A stretch of DNA of 64,000 nucleotides, from assembly GCA_038998335.1 (NCBI GenBank), contig JAVZHQ010000001.1, positions 608,001 to 672,000 of the forward strand, in the 5' to 3' direction. The translations under genes and the position numbers were made by a program. Position 1 is the stretch's first letter; each line of letters begins with the position of its first letter. The notes below the pieces were generated by a model. That model was not told where the DNA came from and made no database searches. It saw only the letters and a program-made list of their open reading frames with translations. Shown here one piece after another: positions 1 to 8,562 of this stretch. This DNA is from Candidatus Aenigmatarchaeota archaeon (lineage in GTDB: Archaea; Aenigmatarchaeota; Aenigmatarchaeia; CG10238-14; SCSR01).

Positions 1-16
1 AGAAGAACCTAAAGCT

Positions 17-1168
17 ATGGAAACTCCAATAAAGGAAGTTAGGGAAGAAACAAGTGAAAAAATCTTAAAGAAAATTGAAGCAGAGCAGTTTATGGTTGAA
101 ATAGAGAAGTTGAAAGTTATGATAGAAACTATGAGAGAAAGTTTGAGAGTTACTGATGAAAGTATAAGAACGATATCTGAAAGTATAGGCGAGCTGAGAA
201 GCATGATTTTAACTGCTGACACAAGCATAAGAGAGACTGCAATAAAACTTGAGAAAATAGAGGATGAAGTTTCTGAGGTTAAGCCACAAGAAATTTCTAA
301 GAAGTTTAGGGAAGTTTTAGGTGTAATAGATAAACACCAGCTTGCTCTGGAGAAACTTGAGAGAAAAACAGAAGATTTAGGAACAAAGATAAACGCGGTT
401 TATGAAATGCTGAAAGGAATTGGAAGTTTGGAAAACATAGGAAGAATTAACAAGGAAATTCAGAAAAAAGTTGAAGATATAAACGAAGCAGTGAAGTATA
501 TAGAAAGAATTGGAGTAAAGACTGAGAAAATATTTGTTGATTTGGGTAAAGGCTTGGAAGATTTAACTCTTTATAAGGTTAAGCAAGAAGATGTTGAGGA
601 AAGCTTGAAGGAAATAATCAAATCTTTAGATGCTTTGAACGTTAAGTTTGAAGGTTATGTTAGCAAAAGGGATTTGGAGGAAATTAAGGAAGACATTCTT
701 GTTATGAAAAAGCAGATAGAAGAAATAAACAAAGTCTTGCCAATAGTTCAGGTTAAGCTTCCCGAAAGTATAATTGAACTGAGAAGAAATAGAGAAGATA
801 TTCTTTTGCTTTTGAGCTCTTTGGAAGAAAAGATGAGAGAAGGGAAGATAAGTAAAGAGGAATATGAAAGCGTGAAGAGAATAAATGAAAAAAAGTTGAA
901 AGAAATAGAAGAGCTTTTGAAAAAAGAGTGGAAAAGAGTGGAAAAAATCATTAGGGTTGCTGAAAAAGAAAAACCAGAAGTAAAGTCTGAAGAGAAAAGA
1001 AGCGAAGAAGCTGGAGAAGAAACTCCTAAGGAAACTCCAAAAGAAGAAGTTGAGAAAGAAAGCAAAGTTGAGGGAAAAACTGAAACAAAAGTTGAGGGAA
1101 AGGAAGTTAAAGCGAAGGAAGAGGCAACCAAAAAGTTAAGAAAGGAAAAAGTTAAGGAAAAAACCTAG
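17..1168 (+). CDS. Long coiled-coil protein with a SHOCT-like motif and an acidic/Lys-rich tail; probably 5'-truncated by the window edge
   Basis: Heptad-rich E/K/I/L sequence; LEEKMREGKISKEEYE motif; the reading frame is open upstream to the window start. Confidence 0.6.
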   Translation: METPIKEVREETSEKILKKIEAEQFMVEIEKLKVMIETMRESLRVTDESIRTISESIGELRSMILTADTSIRETAIKLEKIEDEVSEVKPQEISKKFREVLGVIDKHQLALEKLERKTEDLGTKINAVYEMLKGIGSLENIGRINKEIQKKVEDINEAVKYIERIGVKTEKIFVDLGKGLEDLTLYKVKQEDVEESLKEIIKSLDALNVKFEGYVSKRDLEEIKEDILVMKKQIEEINKVLPIVQVKLPESIIELRRNREDILLLLSSLEEKMREGKISKEEYESVKRINEKKLKEIEELLKKEWKRVEKIIRVAEKEKPEVKSEEKRSEEAGEETPKETPKEEVEKESKVEGKTETKVEGKEVKAKEEATKKLRKEKVKEKT

Positions 1169-1797
1169 GCAACTTCTAGCTTTATTTTCTCGCTAATCAA
1201 ATCCAAAATTTTTCTTATATCATCGCTTTTGAAAAGCAAAACAATTTTTTGTTTAATTCTTTCTTCTGGAATTTCAAACTCTGATAAAAAAACTAGAGTA
1301 TAGATTTCTTCTTTATAAACTTGACCAAGCTCGAATTCCTCTATTGCTCTAAAAGGGTTAACAGAAAGAAAAGGTTCTGACAAAACATACTTTGTGTTGA
1401 ACAATTTTTGGAGAATGTTTATGAAATATCCTGAAAGGATGTTTGCAAGCTCTTTTAAAACAGGCAAGTTTTCGTCGCTCAAATCCTTAAAATAACCTTT
1501 CTCTTTTTTAAGGAAAATGTCGGCCATTCTTAATATATCCTTAAGGGAAGAAGAAAGCAAAATCACCCCATTTACAGTGTTCTTAAGCTTGATGAAGAAT
1601 ATCGTAGTTGAAATTTTTTCTGGGTTTAAAAGTTTTGGAACTTCGTTCAAAAGTAAAACCTTTAAAAAGGAGGAAGAAACTTTAACTTCCTTGTTTATCA
1701 TTTCCTTTAAAGCTTTTGCCGTAACTTCTGAACAGGATAGCCACATCTTTTTCAAAAGTTTTGATTCGATTTTTGGGAGAGATATTTTCTTTGTCAT
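1165..1797 (-). CDS. cheC: CheC-like phosphatase family protein
   Basis: CheC-like layout (AKALKEMINKEVKVS; LKELANILSGYFINIL with E-x2-N and a downstream Pro); next to a receiver gene. Confidence 0.75.
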   Translation of the reverse strand: MTKKISLPKIESKLLKKMWLSCSEVTAKALKEMINKEVKVSSSFLKVLLLNEVPKLLNPEKISTTIFFIKLKNTVNGVILLSSSLKDILRMADIFLKKEKGYFKDLSDENLPVLKELANILSGYFINILQKLFNTKYVLSEPFLSVNPFRAIEEFELGQVYKEEIYTLVFLSEFEIPEERIKQKIVLLFKSDDIRKILDLISEKIKLEVA

Positions 1798-1807
1798 CTT
1801 ACCATTT

Positions 1808-2179
1808 CTAATCTCCCAAAATTTTTTTTACCCTTCTCACCAAATCCTCGTTGTCAAAAGGTTTTGTTATAAAATCCAAAACATTCAATTTTTCCATTTC
1901 TTCCATCCCAACTTCCGAAAGTCTAACAACTGTAAGAAAAGCTATTTTTAAGTTTTTTGTTTTCGGGTTTTCCCTTATTTTTTTTGTCGTTTCTTTCCCG
2001 GTCATTCCCGGCATCATCATATCCATAAGAATCAAGTCTGGCTTAACCTTTTCCAGTTTTTCTAGGCATTCTTTTCCACTATAAGCAGGAATTACCTCAT
2101 ATCCTTCTCTTTCAAAAATCGCTTTCACAAGCTCGACCAAATTTTCCTCGTCATCAACTATCATTATCTTCTTCTTCAC
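1808..2179 (-). CDS. Single-domain response regulator receiver (CheY-like)
   Basis: IMIVDDE, PDLILMDMMMPG (phospho-Asp), FLT and TKPF motifs. Confidence 0.95.
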   Translation of the reverse strand: MKKKIMIVDDEENLVELVKAIFEREGYEVIPAYSGKECLEKLEKVKPDLILMDMMMPGMTGKETTKKIRENPKTKNLKIAFLTVVRLSEVGMEEMEKLNVLDFITKPFDNEDLVRRVKKILGD

Positions 2180-2229
2180 TTCAAACCTCCTTAAATATTT
2201 ATTTTTTTCTCTGATTAATATTTATTTGA

Positions 2230-2913
2230 ATGGTGAGCGAAAAAGTTAATTTGGGTTTTTGCCCTGTAGAAGTTGGTATAGGAAGTCATATGGTTATGCT
2301 CTACGAAGAAGAAGGAGAACTTTTAGACGCTTTATCAAAATTTTTCGTCACAGGATTAAAAAATAATGAATTCTGTATTTTTCTCTATCCTAGAGAGGAA
2401 TTAGCTAAAAAGATAGAAGAAAAAATTGGCTTAGAAAAATCTTTAAAAGAGAAAAGAATGCATTTCATTTACTACAAAAATTTCTACTTTAAAGGTAATC
2501 GTTTTAGCAAAAAAAATGCATACATTTTGATTAAAAATGCATTGGATGAAATTATTGTTAAAGGTCTAAAGCTCCTGAGAGGAGCTTCTGAGATGTCATG
2601 GGTGATTAATACTAACCTTTTTAAAAAAGTTGTGAATTTTGAAAACGAAATAACAGAAAAATTTTCAGATTCTAAGGTTTTGTTCGTATGTGCGTATCCA
2701 GTAAGAAGCCTTTCGACTCCTGACCTGATAGATATAATTCAATCTCATATGATGTTAATCTATAAGAAGGGAAGAAAGTGGTGTGTTTCTGAAACTGTAG
2801 AAAGAAAAATCTTAAAAGGCAAGATAGAAGACTTAGAAAAGTTTTATAAAATTGCAATAAAGAGAGAGTTAGAGCTAAAGAAACTTAAAGAAAAAATTAA
2901 AAAAGCTGGTTGA
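2230..2913 (+). CDS. MEDS-domain sensor with a C-terminal coiled-coil tail
   Basis: GSHMVMLY..., FFVTGLKNNE, LRGASEMSW and FVCAY...IIQSH fit the MEDS pattern. Confidence 0.8.
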   Translation: MVSEKVNLGFCPVEVGIGSHMVMLYEEEGELLDALSKFFVTGLKNNEFCIFLYPREELAKKIEEKIGLEKSLKEKRMHFIYYKNFYFKGNRFSKKNAYILIKNALDEIIVKGLKLLRGASEMSWVINTNLFKKVVNFENEITEKFSDSKVLFVCAYPVRSLSTPDLIDIIQSHMMLIYKKGRKWCVSETVERKILKGKIEDLEKFYKIAIKRELELKKLKEKIKKAG

Positions 2914-2949
2914 TGCTTGGTATTTATTTAAGGAAGTTAAACTTAAATT

Positions 2950-3330
2950 ATGAGCTTGTACGAAGATGCTAAGAGAATAATTCTTGACCTTTTTGGTCCA
3001 AAGTTTCTAAATGTTCTAGATAGCTTTGAGGATCCAAAAAAGTATCCGATGGAATTCTTGGAAGAGCTTAAGTATTTTTTAGAAAAAGCCATAGGCAAAG
3101 AAGCTGCAGAAGAATATGTCAAACCCCTTTACGAAAAGTATGGAAAAACTAGAAAGATTAAGAAAATTGCAAAAGAATCTACTTCTTCAAAAGGTCTTTC
3201 ATTATTTTTCTGTGGTGGAAAAATCCCACTGCTAATAGAATGTAGCTCAAATCCCACCACAAATCTATTAAATTACTGCTTGCATAAGTTTCTAGAAACT
3301 TCATGTAGTAGATATCCGCTATGCTCATAG
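2950..3330 (+). CDS. Small helical protein of the signalling cluster; the C-terminal ~50 aa overlap the convergent gene and may not be functional
   Basis: First ~70 aa have normal composition; the ORF overlaps 3179..3937(-) by about 150 nt. Confidence 0.55.
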   Translation: MSLYEDAKRIILDLFGPKFLNVLDSFEDPKKYPMEFLEELKYFLEKAIGKEAAEEYVKPLYEKYGKTRKIKKIAKESTSSKGLSLFFCGGKIPLLIECSSNPTTNLLNYCLHKFLETSCSRYPLCS

Positions 3331-3937
3331 AAATTATTCCCAAAATTATTAAGAAATATGCTCTAAAAATTTTTGTTTCGAAGAGATTTACCACTGCAAA
3401 TGTTGAAGAAATTATCAGTACTATATCACAAACAACATAGCCAACACTGAAAATTTTCTCTGATAGTAGAACCTCTGGGTTAAAAACATCTTCTTTGATC
3501 AAATAAAAAGTAAAAACAAGTACAAGAATCGAAAAGAAAAGCAGAAAAAGTAGCTTAGGTTTTCTAATTTTTGTTGAAGAAATTTTTCGAACATACCATA
3601 AACCTAATAAGAAAAGGGGATAACCAACTAGCCAAAAAACATCAGCTATTGTACCAACAGGCGACTTGATTCCAAAAATTATTTCATAAATTCCCCAAGT
3701 AGTTTCACCTAAAAACCAAAAGAATGTCCCAAGGGTTAAAAACAAGAATGCCTTGCCTTGAAGGCTAGCACTACCGTAAAACTTGTAAGAATAGAGTCCA
3801 AAAACAAAAGCTAAAAACGAGAGAAAAATTGGTATAATATCAGAAATTATAAAGAAGTTTTCTCCTAAAGGCTGATAAACATAGAGAAAGAGAATGAACA
3901 AGAATAACAAACCAAAAACTAAGTAAACTTTTCCCAT
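3179..3937 (-). CDS. Multi-pass (about 7 TM) membrane sensor-like protein
   Basis: Hydrophobic helices with WFLGE..W and ADVFWLVGYP motifs typical of membrane sensor domains; co-oriented with the kinase. Confidence 0.7.
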   Translation of the reverse strand: MGKVYLVFGLLFLFILFLYVYQPLGENFFIISDIIPIFLSFLAFVFGLYSYKFYGSASLQGKAFLFLTLGTFFWFLGETTWGIYEIIFGIKSPVGTIADVFWLVGYPLFLLGLWYVRKISSTKIRKPKLLFLLFFSILVLVFTFYLIKEDVFNPEVLLSEKIFSVGYVVCDIVLIISSTFAVVNLFETKIFRAYFLIILGIISMSIADIYYMKFLETYASSNLIDLWWDLSYILLAVGFFHHRKIMKDLLKK

Positions 3938-3938
3938 A

Positions 3939-5627
3939 CTATTTATTTGTCTTCTTTTCCTTATATTTTAAAGGTAGCGTAAAGTAAAAAGTAGTTCCTT
4001 TTCCTACCTCACTATCAAACCATATTCTACCTCCTAAAAGCTCTACAAGCTCTTTACATATAGAAAGACCTAAGCCACTTCCTTTAGCTTTTCTTGTGTA
4101 AGGTGAAGAAACCTGAAAGAATCTTGTGAAAATTTTATTGAAATGTTCTTTTGGTATACCTATACCAGTATCCGAAACACTAAACTTTATTTCATCGCCT
4201 TCTTTCTCAGCTTTAATCGTTATTCCACCTTTTTCTGTGTATTTTATTGAATTACTAACTAGGTTCAACAATATTCTTTTCAGCTTTTCCCTGTCAGTCA
4301 GTACATTTGATATTCCTTTTTCAACTTCAACATTTAGGTATAGGCTCTTTTCTTTAGCAAGTTCAATCATTTCATTTTTCACGTCATTCAAAATCTCATT
4401 TATGTTTACTTCTTCAACAAAAACTTTTATCGTTCCTAAATCTATTCTTGATAAATCTAAAATATCTGTAATAAGAGCGCTTAACCTTTTAATTTCATCT
4501 TCAATGATTTTAAGGTATCTTAAACGCTTCTCTTTGTCTTTGATTATCTCTTCATCCTTCAAGAGCTGAGCAAACCCTGAAATTGCAGTCATGGGAGTTT
4601 TGAGCTCGTGAGCAGCTATTGAAATAAACCTGTCTTTTTCCACATCTAGCTTCTTGAGTTCCATATAACTTTTTTTCAATTTTTTCTGAGCTTCGAGAAG
4701 CTTTTTGTTCGTTTCGTTCAAATCTTCCATCATATTCATTAGAGCAATCTTAGTTTCTGTCAATTCTTTTACCTTCTCGTTCAGTTCTTTCGTTCTTTCT
4801 CTTACAGTCTTTTCTAATTCTTTTTGGTGAGACTCGATCTTTCTTTTAAACTCTAGAAGTTTCTTTGACATCTCGTTAAAATGTAAAGCTAACTTTCCAA
4901 GTTCATCCTTACTTTTTACTTCTATCGTTAACCCAAACTCACCTTCAGCTATTCTGGTTGTAGCTTCCTCAAACTTACTTATTGGGTCTAAAATGCTTTT
5001 AGCCACCAAGAAAGAATAAACCAAACTTGAAGTTGTTAAAAGAGCGATTACCATAATTGATATCAAAATATTTAGAAAGTGAAAGTTTTCTAATTCTTCT
5101 GACGCTTCTAGAGTTTTCTTTTCTACTTCTTTCGAGAGCAAATCCAGTTTTGATAAGATTGCATTTTCTAGTAAAGAATCTATTCTATTCTTCTTAATGT
5201 TTAGAGTTTCTGTATCTTCTGGGTTGCTTTTGTAGTAATTTATTAGATTGTCTGTCAGCAGAAAATAAGAGCTGAAAGAACTTTTCAGCTCTTCTAGCAT
5301 TTCATTTTTTTCCATAAACTTACTTTCGAGAAGAAAAATCTGGTTTTCAGTTTTATTCATTAAATTTTTCATAGATTGAAGATAAACTTCACTGTTTGTG
5401 AAAAGATACTCGTCCAAATTTAACCTGTAAGTTAGGGATAAAATTTTCAAGTAATCTATCGAACTTAAAAGAAACTCATATTCATGAATTACTAGGTTTG
5501 TAGTTTGATGAGCTTTTTGAACTAAAAAATTATTTACAGAAGTTAAAACTAAAACCGACAGGATAAAAATTAGTGAGAATAAAATTAACTTCCTTCTTAT
5601 GGTTAAGTATGGTTTTATTCTAACCAT
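3939..5627 (-). CDS. Membrane histidine kinase (four-helix extracellular domain, HAMP, HisKA, HATPase_c)
   Basis: Two TM segments; HAMP (PISKF...DELGKLA..FNEM); H-box AHELKTP; N-box NLVSNSIKY; G1 DTGIGI; G2 GSGLGL. Confidence 0.95.
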   Translation of the reverse strand: MVRIKPYLTIRRKLILFSLIFILSVLVLTSVNNFLVQKAHQTTNLVIHEYEFLLSSIDYLKILSLTYRLNLDEYLFTNSEVYLQSMKNLMNKTENQIFLLESKFMEKNEMLEELKSSFSSYFLLTDNLINYYKSNPEDTETLNIKKNRIDSLLENAILSKLDLLSKEVEKKTLEASEELENFHFLNILISIMVIALLTTSSLVYSFLVAKSILDPISKFEEATTRIAEGEFGLTIEVKSKDELGKLALHFNEMSKKLLEFKRKIESHQKELEKTVRERTKELNEKVKELTETKIALMNMMEDLNETNKKLLEAQKKLKKSYMELKKLDVEKDRFISIAAHELKTPMTAISGFAQLLKDEEIIKDKEKRLRYLKIIEDEIKRLSALITDILDLSRIDLGTIKVFVEEVNINEILNDVKNEMIELAKEKSLYLNVEVEKGISNVLTDREKLKRILLNLVSNSIKYTEKGGITIKAEKEGDEIKFSVSDTGIGIPKEHFNKIFTRFFQVSSPYTRKAKGSGLGLSICKELVELLGGRIWFDSEVGKGTTFYFTLPLKYKEKKTNK

Positions 5628-7195
5628 ACTCCATAGAACTCCTCGTCAGAACCCTGAACAGGGCAATAATTAAACCCTTTAACTTTTTTGCTCATAACAT
5701 GAAAGTCTAGGGGAGAAACTCCAAAGATGTTTGGAGCATCTTCAACTATTATTTCCTGTGCTTTAAAGTATAATTCTCTTCTTTTTTCTTTGTCCAAAGT
5801 TCCTAAAGCTTCTTCCAGTATTTTATCTACTTCAGAATTTTTATAATGCCCTGGGTTTGTCCACTCGCCAGCAGTTGAAGAGTGATAAGCTGACCACAAA
5901 TAGTTGTTTGGGTCTGGATAAGCTGAACTAGAATAAAGTGGAAACATATCTGGCGAGGTTTTTGGGTCTTTAAATGAATTCACAGCATCGGCCCAACTCA
6001 TAGGAATTATGTTTACAGTTATGTTTAACTCAGCAAGTTGTTTTTTTAGCAGCAAACCAACTGCTTTTTCTTCTTCCAAACCAGCAACATAAACATAATC
6101 CAAAGAAAAACCGCCATTTGGCCAAGGAGATTTTGCTAATTCTTCCCTTGCCTTAGTCATGTTTAACCTGTAAACGTTTAGATTTTCGTTTACCCACTCG
6201 CTTGGTGGCAAAGGCCCTTTAAGTAATTTTGCTCTTCCAACCCACAATTTTTCCAGAGCATCGTAATCAAAAGCATAAGATATTGCTTTTCTTACATGCT
6301 TGTTAGAAGTTGGTCCATACTGATTGTTCATTTTTATTTCAAAAGTATGGATTGCTGGTTCTTCCACTAATAAGAATCCATAAGCATCTCTCAAAAGAAC
6401 TTGATCTTCAGGAGAAACCCAATCAATTATGTGGACCTCTTCCTTAACCAAAGCGTTAATTCTTTCAGAAGACTCTTTTATAACTTTTCTTGTAAATCCT
6501 TTTAGTCTTTTTTCAGACCATCCTTTCCAGTAGTTTTCAAAAGCCTCAAACTCATAGACTTGACCAGGAATGAAATTTTTAATGGTAAACGGGCCAGAAC
6601 CTGCTTCATGGGAAGCAAGCCAACTCTGACCAAAATCTTCGCCCTTATGCTCCTCAACAATTTTTGGATTAACTATAAACAACCAAGGTATAATATCAAG
6701 AAAAGGTGCAAAAGGCTTAAGAAGCTTAATCCTAACTGTGTAGTTGTCAGGAGTTTCTATACCACTTTCGTTCACTATTCCTTTAAACATGTAAGCAGGA
6801 CCTTTACCTATTTTTAAAAGTCTTTCCAAAGAATACTTTACAGCGTAAGAGGTTACTGGCGAGCCGTCATGAAAATAGGCATCTTTTCTTAAGTGAAAAA
6901 TCCAAGTTGTCCCGTTGTCTAAAACTTCATGACTTTCTGCAAGCCAAGGAATAACTCTTGGTGGGTTGTCAACATGCCTGTATAGATTATCGTAAAGATT
7001 TTTTAATGTACTACTTATTGCTTCATCAAACCCAACAGCAGGGTCTATGGTGTACAAGTCAACAGCAGAACCTATGAAAAGAATTTTCTCTTCTGTTCTT
7101 TTTTCCTCAACTCTTTCCTCGTGCCTAAAAGTAAAAAATGCAAGTAAAACGATTGTTACAACTATTAAAACTAACACTAATGCTAACTTCTTCAT
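5615..7195 (-). CDS. Family 5 (DppA/OppA-like) extracellular solute-binding protein
   Basis: N-terminal anchor; IDPA, PWLAES, FHLRKDAYFHDGSPVT, GSGPF and VRKAISYAFD motifs. Confidence 0.9.
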   Translation of the reverse strand: MKKLALVLVLIVVTIVLLAFFTFRHEERVEEKRTEEKILFIGSAVDLYTIDPAVGFDEAISSTLKNLYDNLYRHVDNPPRVIPWLAESHEVLDNGTTWIFHLRKDAYFHDGSPVTSYAVKYSLERLLKIGKGPAYMFKGIVNESGIETPDNYTVRIKLLKPFAPFLDIIPWLFIVNPKIVEEHKGEDFGQSWLASHEAGSGPFTIKNFIPGQVYEFEAFENYWKGWSEKRLKGFTRKVIKESSERINALVKEEVHIIDWVSPEDQVLLRDAYGFLLVEEPAIHTFEIKMNNQYGPTSNKHVRKAISYAFDYDALEKLWVGRAKLLKGPLPPSEWVNENLNVYRLNMTKAREELAKSPWPNGGFSLDYVYVAGLEEEKAVGLLLKKQLAELNITVNIIPMSWADAVNSFKDPKTSPDMFPLYSSSAYPDPNNYLWSAYHSSTAGEWTNPGHYKNSEVDKILEEALGTLDKEKRRELYFKAQEIIVEDAPNIFGVSPLDFHVMSKKVKGFNYCPVQGSDEEFYGVWLE

Positions 7196-8481
7196 TCTTT
7201 CACTCTAAGTTTTTCCTCCAGCTCTTTTATTCTTTTTTTCAGTTCAACCATTTTCAACTCTCTCCCAACTGCAAACTTTTTGAATTTCTCAAGCTCTTTT
7301 ATTTTTTCCTGAAGATTTTTGTTCAGCTCTTCCAGCTTTTCCTCATAACTTTTTCTTTCTGTTATATCTCTTACAACACTTACCCATCCGATTCTATTTC
7401 CCTTTTCATCTTTTAACGGGAAAACTGAATGCTCGGTCGGAAAAATTTCTCCATTTTTCCTTTTCATCCTAAACTCGAAGTTTGTTAAACTTCCTTTCTT
7501 TTCTATTGTCTGGTACAAAACTTTTTGGAATTCTAGCAAGGTTTCTTTGCTTACATGTAAAAACTCTGTTGTCTTACCTATCATCTCTTCCTTTTTATAA
7601 CCAAAGATTTTACTAGCAGCTGGATTGCAATCAATAATAGTTGGTGGTTTTTTACTGCCAAGAATGAATACGGCACAATCCAAGCTTAAGAAAATTTTTT
7701 CTAAGAGTTCTTTAGATTTCCTAATTTCTTCTTCTACTTTCTTTCTAAAAGTTATGTCTCGAATTATTACCATATCGCCTACTATTTTTCCTTTCTCTTT
7801 TATGGGAACTGCGTTAATTTCACCTATGAGTATTTCTCCGTTTTTCTTTATCACTTCAACATCGTAAGGTTTAATCTCAAACCCAGCCATTCTCTTGAGA
7901 AAGTTCTTGTAAGTTATCAAGATACTTTTTTTGGTTAAAACTCCTGCTTCAGTAAACTTTTTTCCTATCAAGTCCTCTTTTTTATAACCCAAAAGCTCTT
8001 CAACTTTTTTATTTATTTCTATAAACCTTCCTTTTCTGTCAAGAATAACAATAGGGTCAACAGCAAGTTCAAAAAGATCTCTGTACTTTTCCTCAGATTT
8101 CTTAATTTCTTCTTCCATCTCTTTTTTCTCAGTCAAATCACTTATCACAACTAATTTTCCGATGAGCTTTCCTTCAGAAAAATAAGGCACAGAATAACCT
8201 TCAAAAAACCTTCCGTCCTTGGTTTCTATTGAACCTTCCACCCTTTCTTTTGAAATTAAAACCTTTTTAATTAAATCTTCAAACTTGTCAGGATTTTTTA
8301 CTTTTTTAGAAGCAACCTTGAGAAAATCTTTAAGATTTCCAGATTTAAGCACTTCTTCCTCAATCCTAAACATCTCTAAAAACTTTTTGTTGTGGTGAAT
8401 TATTTTTCCTTCTGAATCAACAAAGACTACAGCCTCGTTAAGCAGATTACACATTTCATTTAAAAACTCTTTTTCAACCAT
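7192..8481 (-). CDS. Cytoplasmic protein with three PAS domains and a C-terminal coiled coil; no output domain
   Basis: Three PAS/PAC units ending in DLTEKK, RDITFRK and RDITERK; ends with GRELKMVELKKRIKELE. Confidence 0.9.
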   Translation of the reverse strand: MVEKEFLNEMCNLLNEAVVFVDSEGKIIHHNKKFLEMFRIEEEVLKSGNLKDFLKVASKKVKNPDKFEDLIKKVLISKERVEGSIETKDGRFFEGYSVPYFSEGKLIGKLVVISDLTEKKEMEEEIKKSEEKYRDLFELAVDPIVILDRKGRFIEINKKVEELLGYKKEDLIGKKFTEAGVLTKKSILITYKNFLKRMAGFEIKPYDVEVIKKNGEILIGEINAVPIKEKGKIVGDMVIIRDITFRKKVEEEIRKSKELLEKIFLSLDCAVFILGSKKPPTIIDCNPAASKIFGYKKEEMIGKTTEFLHVSKETLLEFQKVLYQTIEKKGSLTNFEFRMKRKNGEIFPTEHSVFPLKDEKGNRIGWVSVVRDITERKSYEEKLEELNKNLQEKIKELEKFKKFAVGRELKMVELKKRIKELEEKLRVKE

Positions 8482-8562
8482 CCTCTCTAATATAAGTTTA
8501 AGAATTTTCTGTGTTTATTTTTAATCCTTAACTAAAAATAATTCGTTTTCCAATAATTAATT

